DNA of 64,000 nucleotides from Macrostomum lignano. Taxonomy: Eukaryota. Below, piece by piece: positions 14,801 through 27,800 of the stretch; positions within the stretch are counted from its first letter, which is position 1, and the number at the start of each line of letters is the position of its first letter. The position numbers and the translations under genes are program-made. The stretch is from positions 1 through 64,000 of the forward strand of contig NIVC01002389.1 in NCBI GenBank assembly GCA_002269645.1, given 5' to 3'. The notes below the pieces were generated by a model. It was not told where the DNA came from. It saw nothing but the letters and a program-made list of their open reading frames with translations, and made no database searches.

Positions 14801-17800
14801 GAAACACACTGCATTGGGGAGGGGAAACACACTGCATTGGGGAGGGGAAACACACTGCATTGGGGAGGGGAAACACACTGCATTGGGGAGGGGAAACACA
14901 CTGCATTGGGGAGGGGAAACACACTGCATTGGGGAGGGGAAACACACTGCATTGGGGAGGGGAAACACACTGCATTGGGGAGGGGAAACACACTGCATTG
15001 GGGAGGGGAAACACACTGCATTGGGGAGGGGAAACACACTGCATTGGGGAGGGGAAACACACTGCATTGGGGAGGGGAAACACACTGCATTGGGGAGGGG
15101 AAACACACTGCATTGGGGAGGGGAAACACACTGCATTGGGGAGGGGAAACACACTGCATTGGGGAGGGGAAACACACTGCATTGGGGAGGGGAAACACAC
15201 TGCATTGGGGAGGGGAAACACACTGCATTGGGGAGGGGAAACACACTGCATTGGGGAGGGGAAACACACTGCATTGGGGAGGGGAAACACACTGCATTGG
15301 GGAGGGGAAACACACTGCATTGGGGAGGGGAAACACACTGCATTGGGGAGGGGAAACACACTGCATTGGGGAGGGGAAACACACTGCATTGGGGAGGGGA
15401 AACACACTGCATTGGGGAGGGGAAACACACTGCATTGGGGAGGGGAAACACACTGCATTGGGGAGGGGAAACACACTGCATTGGGGAGGGGAAACACACT
15501 GCATTGGGGAGGGGAAACACACTGCATTGGGAGGGGAAACACACTGCATTGGGGAGGGGAAACACACTGCATTGGGAGGGGAAACACACTGCATTGGGGA
15601 GGGGAAACACACTGCATTGGGGAGGGGAAACACACTGCATTGGGGAGGGGAAACACACTGCATTGGGGAGGGGAAACACACTGCATTGGGGAGGGGAAAC
15701 ACACTGCATTGGGGAGGGGAAACACACTGCATTGGGGAGGGGAAACACACTGCATTGGGAGGGGAAACACACTGCATTGGGGAGGGGAAACACACTGCAT
15801 TGGGGAGGGGAAACACACTGCATTGGGGAGGGGAAACACACTGCATTGGGGAGGGGAAACACACTGCATTGGGGAGGGGAAACACACTGCATTGGGGAGG
15901 GGAAACACACTGCATTGGGGAGGGGAAACACACTGCATTGGGGAGGGGAAACACACTGCATTGGGGAGGGGAAACACACTGCATTGGGGAGGGGAAACAC
16001 ACTGCATTGGGGAGGGGAAACACACTGCATTGGGGAGGGGAAACACACTGCATTGGGAGGGGAAACACACTGCATTGGGGAGGGGAAACACACTGCATTG
16101 GGGAGGGGAAACACACTGCATTGGGGAGGGGAAACACACTGCATTGGGGAGGGGAAACACACTGCATTGGGGAGGGGAAACACACTGCATTGGGGAGGGG
16201 AAACACACTGCATTGGGGAGGGGAAACACACTGCATTGGGGAGGGGAAACACACTGCATTGGGGAGGGGAAACACACTGCATTGGGGAGGGGAAACACAC
16301 TGCATTGGGGAGGGGAAACACACTGCATTGGGGAGGGGAAACACACTGCATTGGGGAGGGGAAACACACTGCATTGGGGAGGGGAAACACACTGCATTGG
16401 GGAGGGGAAACACACTGCATTGGGGAGGGGAAACACACTGCATTGGGGAGGGGAAACACACTGCATTGGGGAGGGGAAACACACTGCATTGGGGAGGGGA
16501 AACACACTGCATTGGGGAGGGGAAACACACTGCATTGGGGAGGGGAAACACACTGCATTGGGGAGGGGAAACACACTGCATTGGGGAGGGGAAACACACT
16601 GCATTGGGGAGGGGAAACACACTGCATTGGGGAGGGGAAACACACTGCATTGGGGAGGGGAAACACACTGCATTGGGGAGGGGAAACACACTGCATTGGG
16701 GAGGGGAAACACACTGCATTGGGGAGGGGAAACACACTGCATTGGGGAGGGGAAACACACTGCATTGGGGAGGGGAAACACACTGCATTGGGGAGGGGAA
16801 ACACACTGCATTGGGGAGGGGAAACACACTGCATTGGGGAGGGGAAACACACTGCATTGGGGAGGGGAAACACACTGCATTGGGGAGGGGAAACACACTG
16901 CATTGGGGAGGGGAAACACACTGCATTGGGGAGGGGAAACACACTGCATTGGGGAGGGGAAACACACTGCATTGGGGAGGGGAAACACACTGCATTGGGG
17001 AGGGGAAACACACTGCATTGGGGAGGGGAAACACACTGCATTGGGGAGGGGAAACACACTGCATTGGGGAGGGGAAACACACTGCATTGGGGAGGGGAAA
17101 CACACTGCATTGGGGAGGGGAAACACACTGCATTGGGGAGGGGAAACACACTGCATTGGGGAGGGGAAACACACTGCATTGGGGAGGGGAAACACACTGC
17201 ATTGGGGAGGGGAAACACACTGCATTGGGGAGGGGAAACACACTGCATTGGGGAGGGGAAACACACTGCATTGGGGAGGGGAAACACACTGCATTGGGGA
17301 GGGGAAACACACTGCATTGGGGAGGGGAAACACACTGCATTGGGGAGGGGAAACACACTGCATTGGGGAGGGGAAACACACTGCATTGGGGAGGGGAAAC
17401 ACACTGCATTGGGGAGGGGAAACACACTGCATTGGGGAGGGGAAACACACTGCATTGGGGAGGGGAAACACACTGCATTGGGGAGGGGAAACACACTGCA
17501 TTGGGGAGGGGAAACACACTGCATTGGGGAGGGGAAACACACTGCATTGGGGAGGGGAAACACACTGCATTGGGGAGGGGAAACACACTGCATTGGGGAG
17601 GGGAAACACACTGCATTGGGGAGGGGAAACACACTGCATTGGGAGGGGAAACACACTGCATTGGGGAGGGGAAACACACTGCATTGGGGAGGGGAAACAC
17701 ACTGCATTGGGGAGGGGAAACACACTGCATTGGGGAGGGGAAACACACTGCATTGGGGAGGGGAAACACACTGCATTGGGGAGGGGAAACACACTGCATT

Positions 17801-20800
17801 GGGGAGGGGAAACACACTGCATTGGGGAGGGGAAACACACTGCATTGGGGAGGGGAAACACACTGCATTGGGGAGGGGAAACACACTGCATTGGGGAGGG
17901 GAAACACACTGCATTGGGGAGGGGAAACACACTGCATTGGGGAGGGGAAACACACTGCATTGGGGAGGGGAAACACACTGCATTGGGGAGGGGAAACACA
18001 CTGCATTGGGGAGGGGAAACACACTGCATTGGGGAGGGGAAACACACTGCATTGGGGAGGGGAAACACACTGCATTGGGGAGGGGAAACACACTGCATTG
18101 GGGAGGGGAAACACACTGCATTGGGGAGGGGAAACACACTGCATTGGGGAGGGGAAACACACTGCATTGGGGAGGGGAAACACACTGCATTGGGGAGGGG
18201 AAACACACTGCATTGGGGAGGGGAAACACACTGCATTGGGGAGGGGAAACACACTGCATTGGGGAGGGGAAACACACTGCATTGGGGAGGGGAAACACAC
18301 TGCATTGGGGAGGGGAAACACACTGCATTGGGGAGGGGAAACACACTGCATTGGGGAGGGGAAACACACTGCATTGGGGAGGGGAAACACACTGCATTGG
18401 GGAGGGGAAACACACTGCATTGGGGAGGGGAAACACACTGCATTGGGGAGGGGAAACACACTGCATTGGGGAGGGGAAACACACTGCATTGGGGAGGGGA
18501 AACACACTGCATTGGGGAGGGGAAACACACTGCATTGGGGAGGGGAAACACACTGCATTGGGGAGGGGAAACACACTGCATTGGGGAGGGGAAACACACT
18601 GCATTGGGGAGGGGAAACACACTGCATTGGGAGGGGAAACACACTGCATTGGGGAGGGGAAACACACTGCATTGGGGAGGGGAAACACACTGCATTGGGG
18701 AGGGGAAACACACTGCATTGGGGAGGGGAAACACACTGCATTGGGGAGGGGAAACACACTGCATTGGGGAGGGGAAACACACTGCATTGGGGAGGGGAAA
18801 CACACTGCATTGGGGAGGGGAAACACACTGCATTGGGAGGGGAAACACACTGCATTGGGGAGGGGAAACACACTGCATTGGGGAGGGGAAACACACTGCA
18901 TTGGGGAGGGGAAACACACTGCATTGGGGAGGGGAAACACACTGCATTGGGGAGGGGAAACACACTGCATTGGGGAGGGGAAACACACTGCATTGGGGAG
19001 GGGAAACACACTGCATTGGGGAGGGGAAACACACTGCATTGGGGAGGGGAAACACACTGCATTGGGGAGGGGAAACACACTGCATTGGGGAGGGGAAACA
19101 CACTGCATTGGGGAGGGGAAACACACTGCATTGGGAGGGGAAACACACTGCATTGGGGAGGGGAAACACACTGCATTGGGGAGGGGAAACACACTGCATT
19201 GGGGAGGGGAAACACACTGCATTGGGGAGGGGAAACACACTGCATTGGGGAGGGGAAACACACTGCATTGGGGAGGGGAAACACACTGCATTGGGGAGGG
19301 GAAACACACTGCATTGGGGAGGGGAAACACACTGCATTGGGGAGGGGAAACACACTGCATTGGGGAGGGGAAACACACTGCATTGGGGAGGGGAAACACA
19401 CTGCATTGGGGAGGGGAAACACACTGCATTGGGGAGGGGAAACACACTGCATTGGGGAGGGGAAACACACTGCATTGGGGAGGGGAAACACACTGCATTG
19501 GGGAGGGGAAACACACTGCATTGGGGAGGGGAAACACACTGCATTGGGGAGGGGAAACACACTGCATTGGGGAGGGGAACACACTGCATTGGGGAGGGGA
19601 AACACACTGCATTGGGAGGGGAAACACACTGCATTGGGGAGGGGAAACACACTGCATTGGGGAGGGGAAACACACTGCATTGGGAGGGGAAACACACTGC
19701 ATTGGGGAGGGGAAACACACTGCATTGGGGAGGGGAAACACACTGCATTGGGGAGGGGAAACACACTGCATTGGGGAGGGGAAACACACTGCATTGGGGA
19801 GGGGAAACACACTGCATTGGGGAGGGGAAACACACTGCATTGGGGAGGGGAAACACACTGCATTGGGGAGGGGAAACACACTGCATTGGGGAGGGGAAAC
19901 ACACTGCATTGGGGAGGGGAAACACACTGCATTGGGGAGGGGAAACACACTGCATTGGGGAGGGGAAACACACTGCATTGGGGAGGGGAAACACACTGCA
20001 TTGGGGAGGGGAAACACACTGCATTGGGGAGGGGCACTGCATTGGGAGGGGAAACACACTGCATTGGGGAGGGGAAACACACTGCATTGGGAGGGGAAAC
20101 ACACTGCATTGGGAGGGGCACTGCATTGGGGAGGGGAAACACACTGCATTGGGGAGGGGAAACACACTGCATTGGGGAGGGGAAACACACTGCATTGGGG
20201 AGGGGAAACACACTGCATTGGGGAGGGGAAACACACTGCATTGGGGAGGGGAAACACACTGCATTGGGGAGGGGAAACACACTGCATTGGGGAGGGGAAA
20301 CACACTGCATTGGGGAGGGGAAACACACTGCATTGGGGAGGGGAAACACACTGCATTGGGAGGGGAAACACACTGCATTGGGGAGGGGAAACACACTGCA
20401 TTGGGGAGGGGAAACACACTGCATTGGGGAGGGGAAACACACTGCATTGGGAGGGGAAACACACTGCATTGGGAGGGGAAACACACTGCATTGGGGAGGG
20501 GAAACACACTGCATTGGGGAGGGGAAACACACTGCATTGGGGAGGGGAAACACACTGCATTGGGGAGGGGCACTGCATTGGGAGGGGAAACACACTGCAT
20601 TGGGGAGGGGAAACACACTGCATTGGGAGGGGAAACACACTGCATTGGGAGGGGCACTGCATTGGGGAGGGGAAACACACTGCATTGGGGAGGGGAAACA
20701 CACTGCATTGGGGAGGGGAAACACACTGCATTGGGGAGGGAAACACACTGCATTGGGGAGGGGAAACACACTGCATTGGGAGGGGAAACACACTGCATTG

Positions 20801-22070
20801 GGGAGGGGAAACACACTGCATTGGGGAGGGGAAACACACTGCATTGGGGAGGGGAAACACACTGCATTGGGGAGGGGAAACACACTGCATTGGGGAGGGG
20901 AAACACACTGCATTGGGGAGGGGAAACACACTGCATTGGGGAGGGGAAACACACTGCATTGGGGAGGGGAAACACACTGCATTGGGGAGGGGAAACACAC
21001 TGCATTGGGGAGGGGAAACACACTGCATTGGGAGGGGAAACACACTGCATTGGGGAGGGGAAACACACTGCATTGGGGAGGGGAAACACACTGCATTGGG
21101 GAGGGGAAACACACTGCATTGGGGAGGGAAACACACTGCATTGGGGAGGGGAAACACACTGCATTGGGGAGGGGAAACACACTGCATTGGGGAGGGGAAA
21201 CACACTGCATTGGGGAGGGGAAACACACTGCATTGGGGAGGGGAAACACACTGCATTGGGGAGGGGAAACACACTGCATTGGGAGGGGAAACACACTGCA
21301 TTGGGGAGGGGCACTGCATTGGGGAGGGGAAACACACTGCATTGGGGAGGGGAAACACACTGCATTGGGGAGGGGAAACACACTGCATTGGGGAGGGGAA
21401 ACACACTGCATTGGGGAGGGGAAACACACTGCATTGGGGAGGGCACTGCATTGGGGAGGGGAAACACACTGCATTGGGGAGGGGAAACACACTGCATTGG
21501 GGAGGGGCACACTGCATTGGGGAGGGGAAACACACTGCATTGGGGAGGGGAAACACACTGCATTGGGGAGGGGAAACACACTGCATTGGGGAGGGGAAAC
21601 ACACTGCATTGGGGAGGGGAAACACACTGCATTGGGAGGGGAAACACACTGCATTGGGGAGGGGAAACACACTGCATTGGGGAGGGGAAACACACTGCAT
21701 TGGGAGGGGAAACACACTGCATTGGGAGGGGAAACACACTGCATTGGGGAGGGGAAACACACTGCATTGGGGAGGGGAAACACACTGCATTGGGGAGGGG
21801 AAACACACTGCATTGGGGAGGGGAAACACACTGCATTGGGGAGGGGAAACACACTGCATTGGGAGGGGAAACACACTGCATTGGGGAGGGGAAACACACT
21901 GCATTGGGGAGGGGAAACACACTGCATTGGGGAGGGGAAACACACTGCATTGGGGAGGGGAAACACACTGCATTGGGGAGGGGAAACACACTGCATTGGG
22001 GAGGGGAAACACACTGCATTGGGAGGGGAAACACACTGCATTGGGGAGGGGAACACACTGCATTGGGGGA
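2879..22070. repeat. 23-bp satellite (GGGGAGGGGAAACACACTGCATT)n, about 830 copies; intron of the minus-strand RRP36 copy
   Basis: Near-perfect tandem array. 22-bp and shorter variants are enriched near both ends. It begins about 73 nt inside the GT donor at 22143. Confidence 0.99.
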
Positions 22071-22143
22071 AAATTGGGAGAGGGAGATGGACAGGTATGT
22101 CATAAAATGCAGATTAAGACAGACTATACGGTAAATTTCCCAC

Positions 22144-22521
22144 CTGACGCCGCGAGTCCCGCAGCTGCTCCCGCCGCTCCAGCTGACGCAGCCTGAGCAG
22201 CAGACTCTTGGCCCGCTCGCGCTCCTCCTCCGACAGGGGCTGGTGCCGCCCGCCGCCGCTGCCGTCGCGCCGCTTCAGCCACTTCTCCAGCCTGTTGGCC
22301 TCCCTACGGCGCTCCTCGCGCAAGAAGTCCCAGGCGGCCGGCACGCACCGGCCGTTGACCAGCGGGTCGTGGCGCGGATCGCGCGGCGCGCTACGCTTAG
22401 GCGCCGTTTTGGCGAGTTCGGCCAGCGCCGGGGTCAGCCGGTGCAGCGCCTTGCGCGACTTGCTGCTGTACTCGGCTGGAGCCTCGTCGGCACTGTCAGG
22501 TTCGGGCTCCGGCGCGGACAT
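22144..22521 (-). CDS. RRP36: rRNA biogenesis protein RRP36-like (DUF947), exon 1 (126 codons)
   Basis: MSAPEPE...EYSSKS...RDPRHDPLVNG...WDFLREERRRE...ERAKSLLLRLRQLERREQLRDSRRQ matches the RRP36 pattern (P-x-E-x-SSK, DPRF, Y-x-FL, coiled coil). It ends at a phase-0 CAG|GTGGGA donor. Confidence 0.8.
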
Positions 22522-22811
22522 GCATGAAGGGTAAAGCAATAAATCTAGTTTAGCTACATGCTACTGGCAGTAATATAAAAAACTAATACTTTTCAATAAA
22601 CTTCGGCCAAATACACTTTAAATAGAAATATTTTCAGTGCACTATTGAAAGTAATAAAATACGCCACGCAATAATTTTCGTCAGAATAGAAGTAAAACAC
22701 ACAGAAGCTTTGCATTTTACTGCTTAGATAATTATATAATCGGTATATTTGTTATTCATTTTAATTAGCTGTTTAAATTTGCACAGTAAAGGTGAAAACC
22801 TTTTCTAGATA

Positions 22812-23061
22812 CCCGCTGGGAAAAATTGCAGTGACGACCAGCCACGACAGTTTAGAGACGACAGCCTTGTCGATTTACTATCGATTTACAGAAATAAGTA
22901 TGATTTGTTCAACTCAGTAGTATCGTGCAAATGCGCGCTACCAAATCTGCTTCGCTGCCTGCTTTCTATCGGCCTCTGATTGGTCGACTGCCAATGGCGA
23001 CGACAGGGTGACTTGTCGTCAACTTGTCGTCAGCCTGTGGTCGCAATTTTTTCCCAGTGGG
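22812..23061. mobile_element. 250-bp MITE with CCC(A/G)CTGGG-type terminal inverted repeats (CACTA/EnSpm-like ends)
   Basis: Left TIR cccgctgggaaaaattgc and right TIR gcaattttttcccagtggg, with internal gacgac/gtcgtc subterminal repeats. No clear TSD. Confidence 0.7.
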
Positions 23062-24230
23062 TGCCGACAGAAGACAGGACAAGCGGAGAGACAAGTTTTT
23101 GAGTGAATGATAAATTCAAATAACAGTTGCACTGGTGCACAGACAGGGAATGAACTGTGGGGCTGAAAAGACGCTGAGCCGCTAATTAGGAGGCAAGCAG
23201 AGGGCAGTTAACATAGCGGGGGGTCTGCAATCGTTGCAATTATCCAAATAAAAATTATTAGTATTAAATGAATATCAAAAAGCTCCTCGACGACACAATG
23301 AAGAAATTGTAACAAACAAACAACACAGATATCGGTTAGTTAAAATAACAAGAAGGTAAATCTAAAATTAAATCTTGATTGTATAGATTTTTATAGTTGT
23401 TAATTTTATCTGAGAGAGGTCATAAATGATTTGCCAAGAAAAATTAAATTACCGCATAAAGAATGTTCATTCTCGGAGCCAGAGCTATCTCACTATCTAA
23501 TAAGCCATGCTTTATCACTACTTAAAACTAAGTAGTCTAAGTAGACTATTTATAGAGTACCCAGCTGTCATCACTTACAGGCGCTGCAGAAATAAAAAAT
23601 AAAAAGAAGAAGCAAAGCCAAACTACTTCATAAGCATAAGCGGACAGCCAAAATCATCAGAGAGTAGCAGAAATAATAAATGGAAACAGAATTCACCTTC
23701 TCTCATCAGTTACGAATAACTCGCTAAACAAAAAACAAAAACCCAATATTGTGTAAAAATAAGTTACAAAAATACCAGGCGAACGTTTCTACTTGAGTAG
23801 ACTGTCAGTAGTGTAAAGGGAAAATGTATTAAATTATGATTAAAAAAACATCAAAGACAACAACAGCGCTTAAGCGAACTGAATTATCGATAGGGCGGGC
23901 ACAAAACCAACTGTTGCAGCCATTAAAATTCGCCATTGAAAACTTTGTCGACTTATAACAAATTAAAATTGTATCGAATAATATAACACTGAAAGACGAG
24001 CAGACGAAATTACGCCACAAATATGCTTAATTATATATGTGACAAAAAATAGTGAATTAGACACGAATATTTTTGTTGTTTATATATAAGCCCGTTTGAT
24101 TATGCGTTGGACTGTAGGCAGTTAAGCAGTGTGCGCTGAACTTCAATTTTTAAACAAAAAACCCAATGCATTTATCGATTGCACACTGAGTGACGGAGCG
24201 AGCGTAAAGAACATTGTAGCTTAGGGAACT

Positions 24231-24880
24231 NNNNNNNNNNNNNNNNNNNNNNNNNNNNNNNNNNNNNNNNNNNNNNNNNNNNNNNNNNNNNNNNNNNNNN
24301 NNNNNNNNNNNNNNNNNNNNNNNNNNNNNNNNNNNNNNNNNNNNNNNNNNNNNNNNNNNNNNNNNNNNNNNNNNNNNNNNNNNNNNNNNNNNNNNNNNNN
24401 NNNNNNNNNNNNNNNNNNNNNNNNNNNNNNNNNNNNNNNNNNNNNNNNNNNNNNNNNNNNNNNNNNNNNNNNNNNNNNNNNNNNNNNNNNNNNNNNNNNN
24501 NNNNNNNNNNNNNNNNNNNNNNNNNNNNNNNNNNNNNNNNNNNNNNNNNNNNNNNNNNNNNNNNNNNNNNNNNNNNNNNNNNNNNNNNNNNNNNNNNNNN
24601 NNNNNNNNNNNNNNNNNNNNNNNNNNNNNNNNNNNNNNNNNNNNNNNNNNNNNNNNNNNNNNNNNNNNNNNNNNNNNNNNNNNNNNNNNNNNNNNNNNNN
24701 NNNNNNNNNNNNNNNNNNNNNNNNNNNNNNNNNNNNNNNNNNNNNNNNNNNNNNNNNNNNNNNNNNNNNNNNNNNNNNNNNNNNNNNNNNNNNNNNNNNN
24801 NNNNNNNNNNNNNNNNNNNNNNNNNNNNNNNNNNNNNNNNNNNNNNNNNNNNNNNNNNNNNNNNNNNNNNNNNNNNNNNN
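24231..24880. other. Assembly gap (650 N)
   Basis: Run of N. Confidence 1.
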
Positions 24881-27800
24881 GTGTTTCCCCTCCCAATGCA
24901 GTGTGTTTCCCCTCCCCAATGCAGTGTGTTTCCCCTCCCCAATGCCAGTGTGTTTCCCTCCCCAATGCAGTGTGTTTCCCCTCCCAATGCATAGTCTGTG
25001 TTTCCCCTCCCCAATGCAGCTGTGTTTCCCCTCCCCAATGCAGTGTGTGTTTCCCCTCCCAATGCCCAGTGTGTTTCCCCTCCCCAATGCAGTGTGTTTC
25101 CCCCCCAAATCCCCAAGCAGTGTGTTTCCCCTCCCCAATGCAGTGTGTTCCCTCCCCAATGCAGTGTGTTTCCCCTCCCCAATGGCAGTGTGTTTCCCCT
25201 CCCAATGCAGGTGTGTTTCCTACCTCCCAATGCAGTGTGTTTCCCCTCCCCAATGCAGTGTGTTTCCCCTCCCAATGCAGGCGTTGTGTTTCCCCTCCCC
25301 AATGCAGTGTGTTTCCCCTCCCCAATGCAGTGTGTTTCCCCTCCCAATGCAGTGTGTTTCCCCTCCCAATGCAGTGTGTTTCCCTCCCCCTCCCCCAATG
25401 CAGTGGTGTTTCCCTCCCCAATGCAGTGTGTTTCCCCTCCCCAATGCAGATGTGTTTCCCCTCCCAATGCAGTGTGTTTCCCCTCCCCAATGCAGTGTGT
25501 TTTCCCTCCCAATGCAGTGTGTTCCCCTCCCCAATGCAGTGTGTGTTTCCCCTCCCAATGCAGTGTGTTTCCCTCCCCAATGCAGTGTGTTTCCCCTCCC
25601 CAATGCAGTGTGTTTCCCCTCCCCAATGCAGAGTGTGTTTCCCTCCCCAATGCAGTGTGTTTCCCCTCCCCAATGCAGTGTGTTTCCTCCCCATGCAGTG
25701 TGTTCCCCTCCCAATGCAGTGTGTTTCCCTCCCCAAATCCGCAGTGTGCCCCTGTGTTTCCCCTCCCCAATGCAGTGTGTTTCCCCTCCCCAATGCAGTG
25801 CCACCTCCTCAATGCAGTGTGTTTCCCCTCCCTAATGCAGTGTGTTTCCCCTCCCAATGCAGTGTGTTTCCCCTCCCAATGCAGTGCCACCTCCCCAATG
25901 CAGTGTGTTTCCCCTCCCCAATGCAGTGTGTTTCCCCTCCCCAATGCAGTGTGTTCCCCTCCCCAATGCAGTGTTTTCCCCTCCCCAATGCAGTGTGTTT
26001 CCCTCCCCAATGCAGTGTGTTTCCCCTCCCAATGCAGTGTGTTTCCCCTCCCCAATGCAGTGTGTTTCCCCTCCCCAATGCAGTGCCCCTCCCCAATGCA
26101 GTGTGTTTCCCCTCCCCAATGCAGTGTGTTCCCCTCCCCAATGCAGTGTGTTTCCCCTCCCAATGCAGTGTGTTTCCCCTCCCCAATGCAGTGTGTTTCC
26201 CCTCCCAATGCAGTGTGTTTCCCCTCCCCAATGCAGTGTGTTTCCCCTCCCAATGCAGTGTGTTTCCCCTCCCAATGCAGTGTGTTTCCCCTCCCCAATG
26301 CAGTGTGTTTCCCCTCCCCAATGCAGTGTGTTTCCCCTCCCCAATGCAGTGTGTTTCCCCTCCCCAATGCAGTGTGTTTCCCCTCCCCAATGCAGTGTGT
26401 TTCCCCTCCCCAATGCAGTGTGTTTCCCCTCCCCAATGCAGTGTGTTTCCCCTCCCCAATGCAGTGTGTTTCCCCTCCCCAATGCAGTGTGTTTCCCCTC
26501 CCCAATGCAGTGTGTTTCCCCTCCCCAATGCAGTGTGTTTCCCCTCCCCAATGCAGTGTGTTTCCCCTCCCAATGCAGTGTGTTTCCCCTCCCCAATGCA
26601 GTGTGTTTCCCCTCCCCAATGCAGTGTGTTTCCCCTCCCCAATGCAGTGTGTTCCCCTCCCCAATGCAGTGTGTTTCCCCTCCCCAATGCAGTGTGTTTC
26701 CCCTCCCCAATGCAGTGTGTTTCCCCTCCCCAATGCAGTGTGTTTCCCCTCCCCAATGCAGTGTGTTTCCCCTCCCCAATGGTGTGTGTTTCCCCTCCCA
26801 ATGGTGTGTTTCCCCTCCCCAATGCAGTGTGTTTCCCCTCCCCAATGCAGTGTGTTTCCCCTCCCCAATGCAGTGTGTTTCCCCTCCCCAATGCAGTGTG
26901 TTTCCCCTCCCCAATGCAGTGTGTTTCCCCTCCCCAATGCAGTGTGTTTCCCCTCCCCAATGCAGTGTGTTTCCCCTCCCCAATGGTGTGTTTCCCCTCC
27001 CCAATGCAGTGTGTTTCCCCTCCCCAATGCAGTGTGTTTCCCCTCCCAATGCAGTGTGTTTCCCCTCCCCAATGCAGTGTGTTTCCCCTCCCCAATGCAG
27101 TGTGTTTCCCCTCCCCAATGCAGTGTGTTTCCCCTCCCCAATGCAGTGTGTTTCCCCTCCCCAATGCAGTGTGTTTCCCCTCCCCAATGCAGTGTGTTTC
27201 CCCTCCCAATGCAGTGTGTTTCCCCTCCCCAATGCAGTGTGTTTCCCCTCCCAATGCAGTGTGTTTCCCCTCCCCAATGCAGTGTGTTTCCCCTCCCCAA
27301 TGCAGTGTGTTTCCCCTCCCCAATGCAGTGTGTTTCCCCTCCCCAATGCAGTGTGTTTCCCCTCCCCAATGCAGTGTGTTTCCCCTCCCCAATGCAGTGT
27401 GTTTCCCCTCCCCAATGCAGTGTGTTTCCCCTCCCCAATGCAGTGTGTTTCCCCTCCCCAATGCAGTGTGTTTCCCCTCCCCAATGCAGTGTGTTTCCCC
27501 TCCCCAATGCAGTGTGTTTCCCCTCCCCAATGCAGTGTGTTTCCCCTCCCCAATGCAGTGTGTTTCCCCTCCCCAATGCAGTGTGTTTCCCCTCCCCAAT
27601 GCAGTGTGTTTCCCCTCCCCAATGCAGTGTGTTTCCCCTCCCCAATGCAGTGTGTTTCCCCTCCCAATGCAGTGTGTTTCCCCTCCCCAATGCAGTGTGT
27701 TTCCCCTCCCCAATGCAGTGTGTTTCCCCTCCCAATGCAGTGTGTTTCCCCTCCCAATGCAGTGTGTTTCCCCTCCCCAATGCAGTGTGTTTCCCCTCCC

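Noticed and set aside
2335-22196. Six ORFs of about 6400-6600 aa (GGETHCIG... / PQCSVFPLP...)
   Set aside because: A by-product of a stop-free 23-bp unit open in all six frames; the array lies behind a GT donor within the RRP36 intron.
23829-24020. Short AT-rich ORF near the gap (and 62676-62861)
   Set aside because: No coding-like composition, splice context or recognisable motif.
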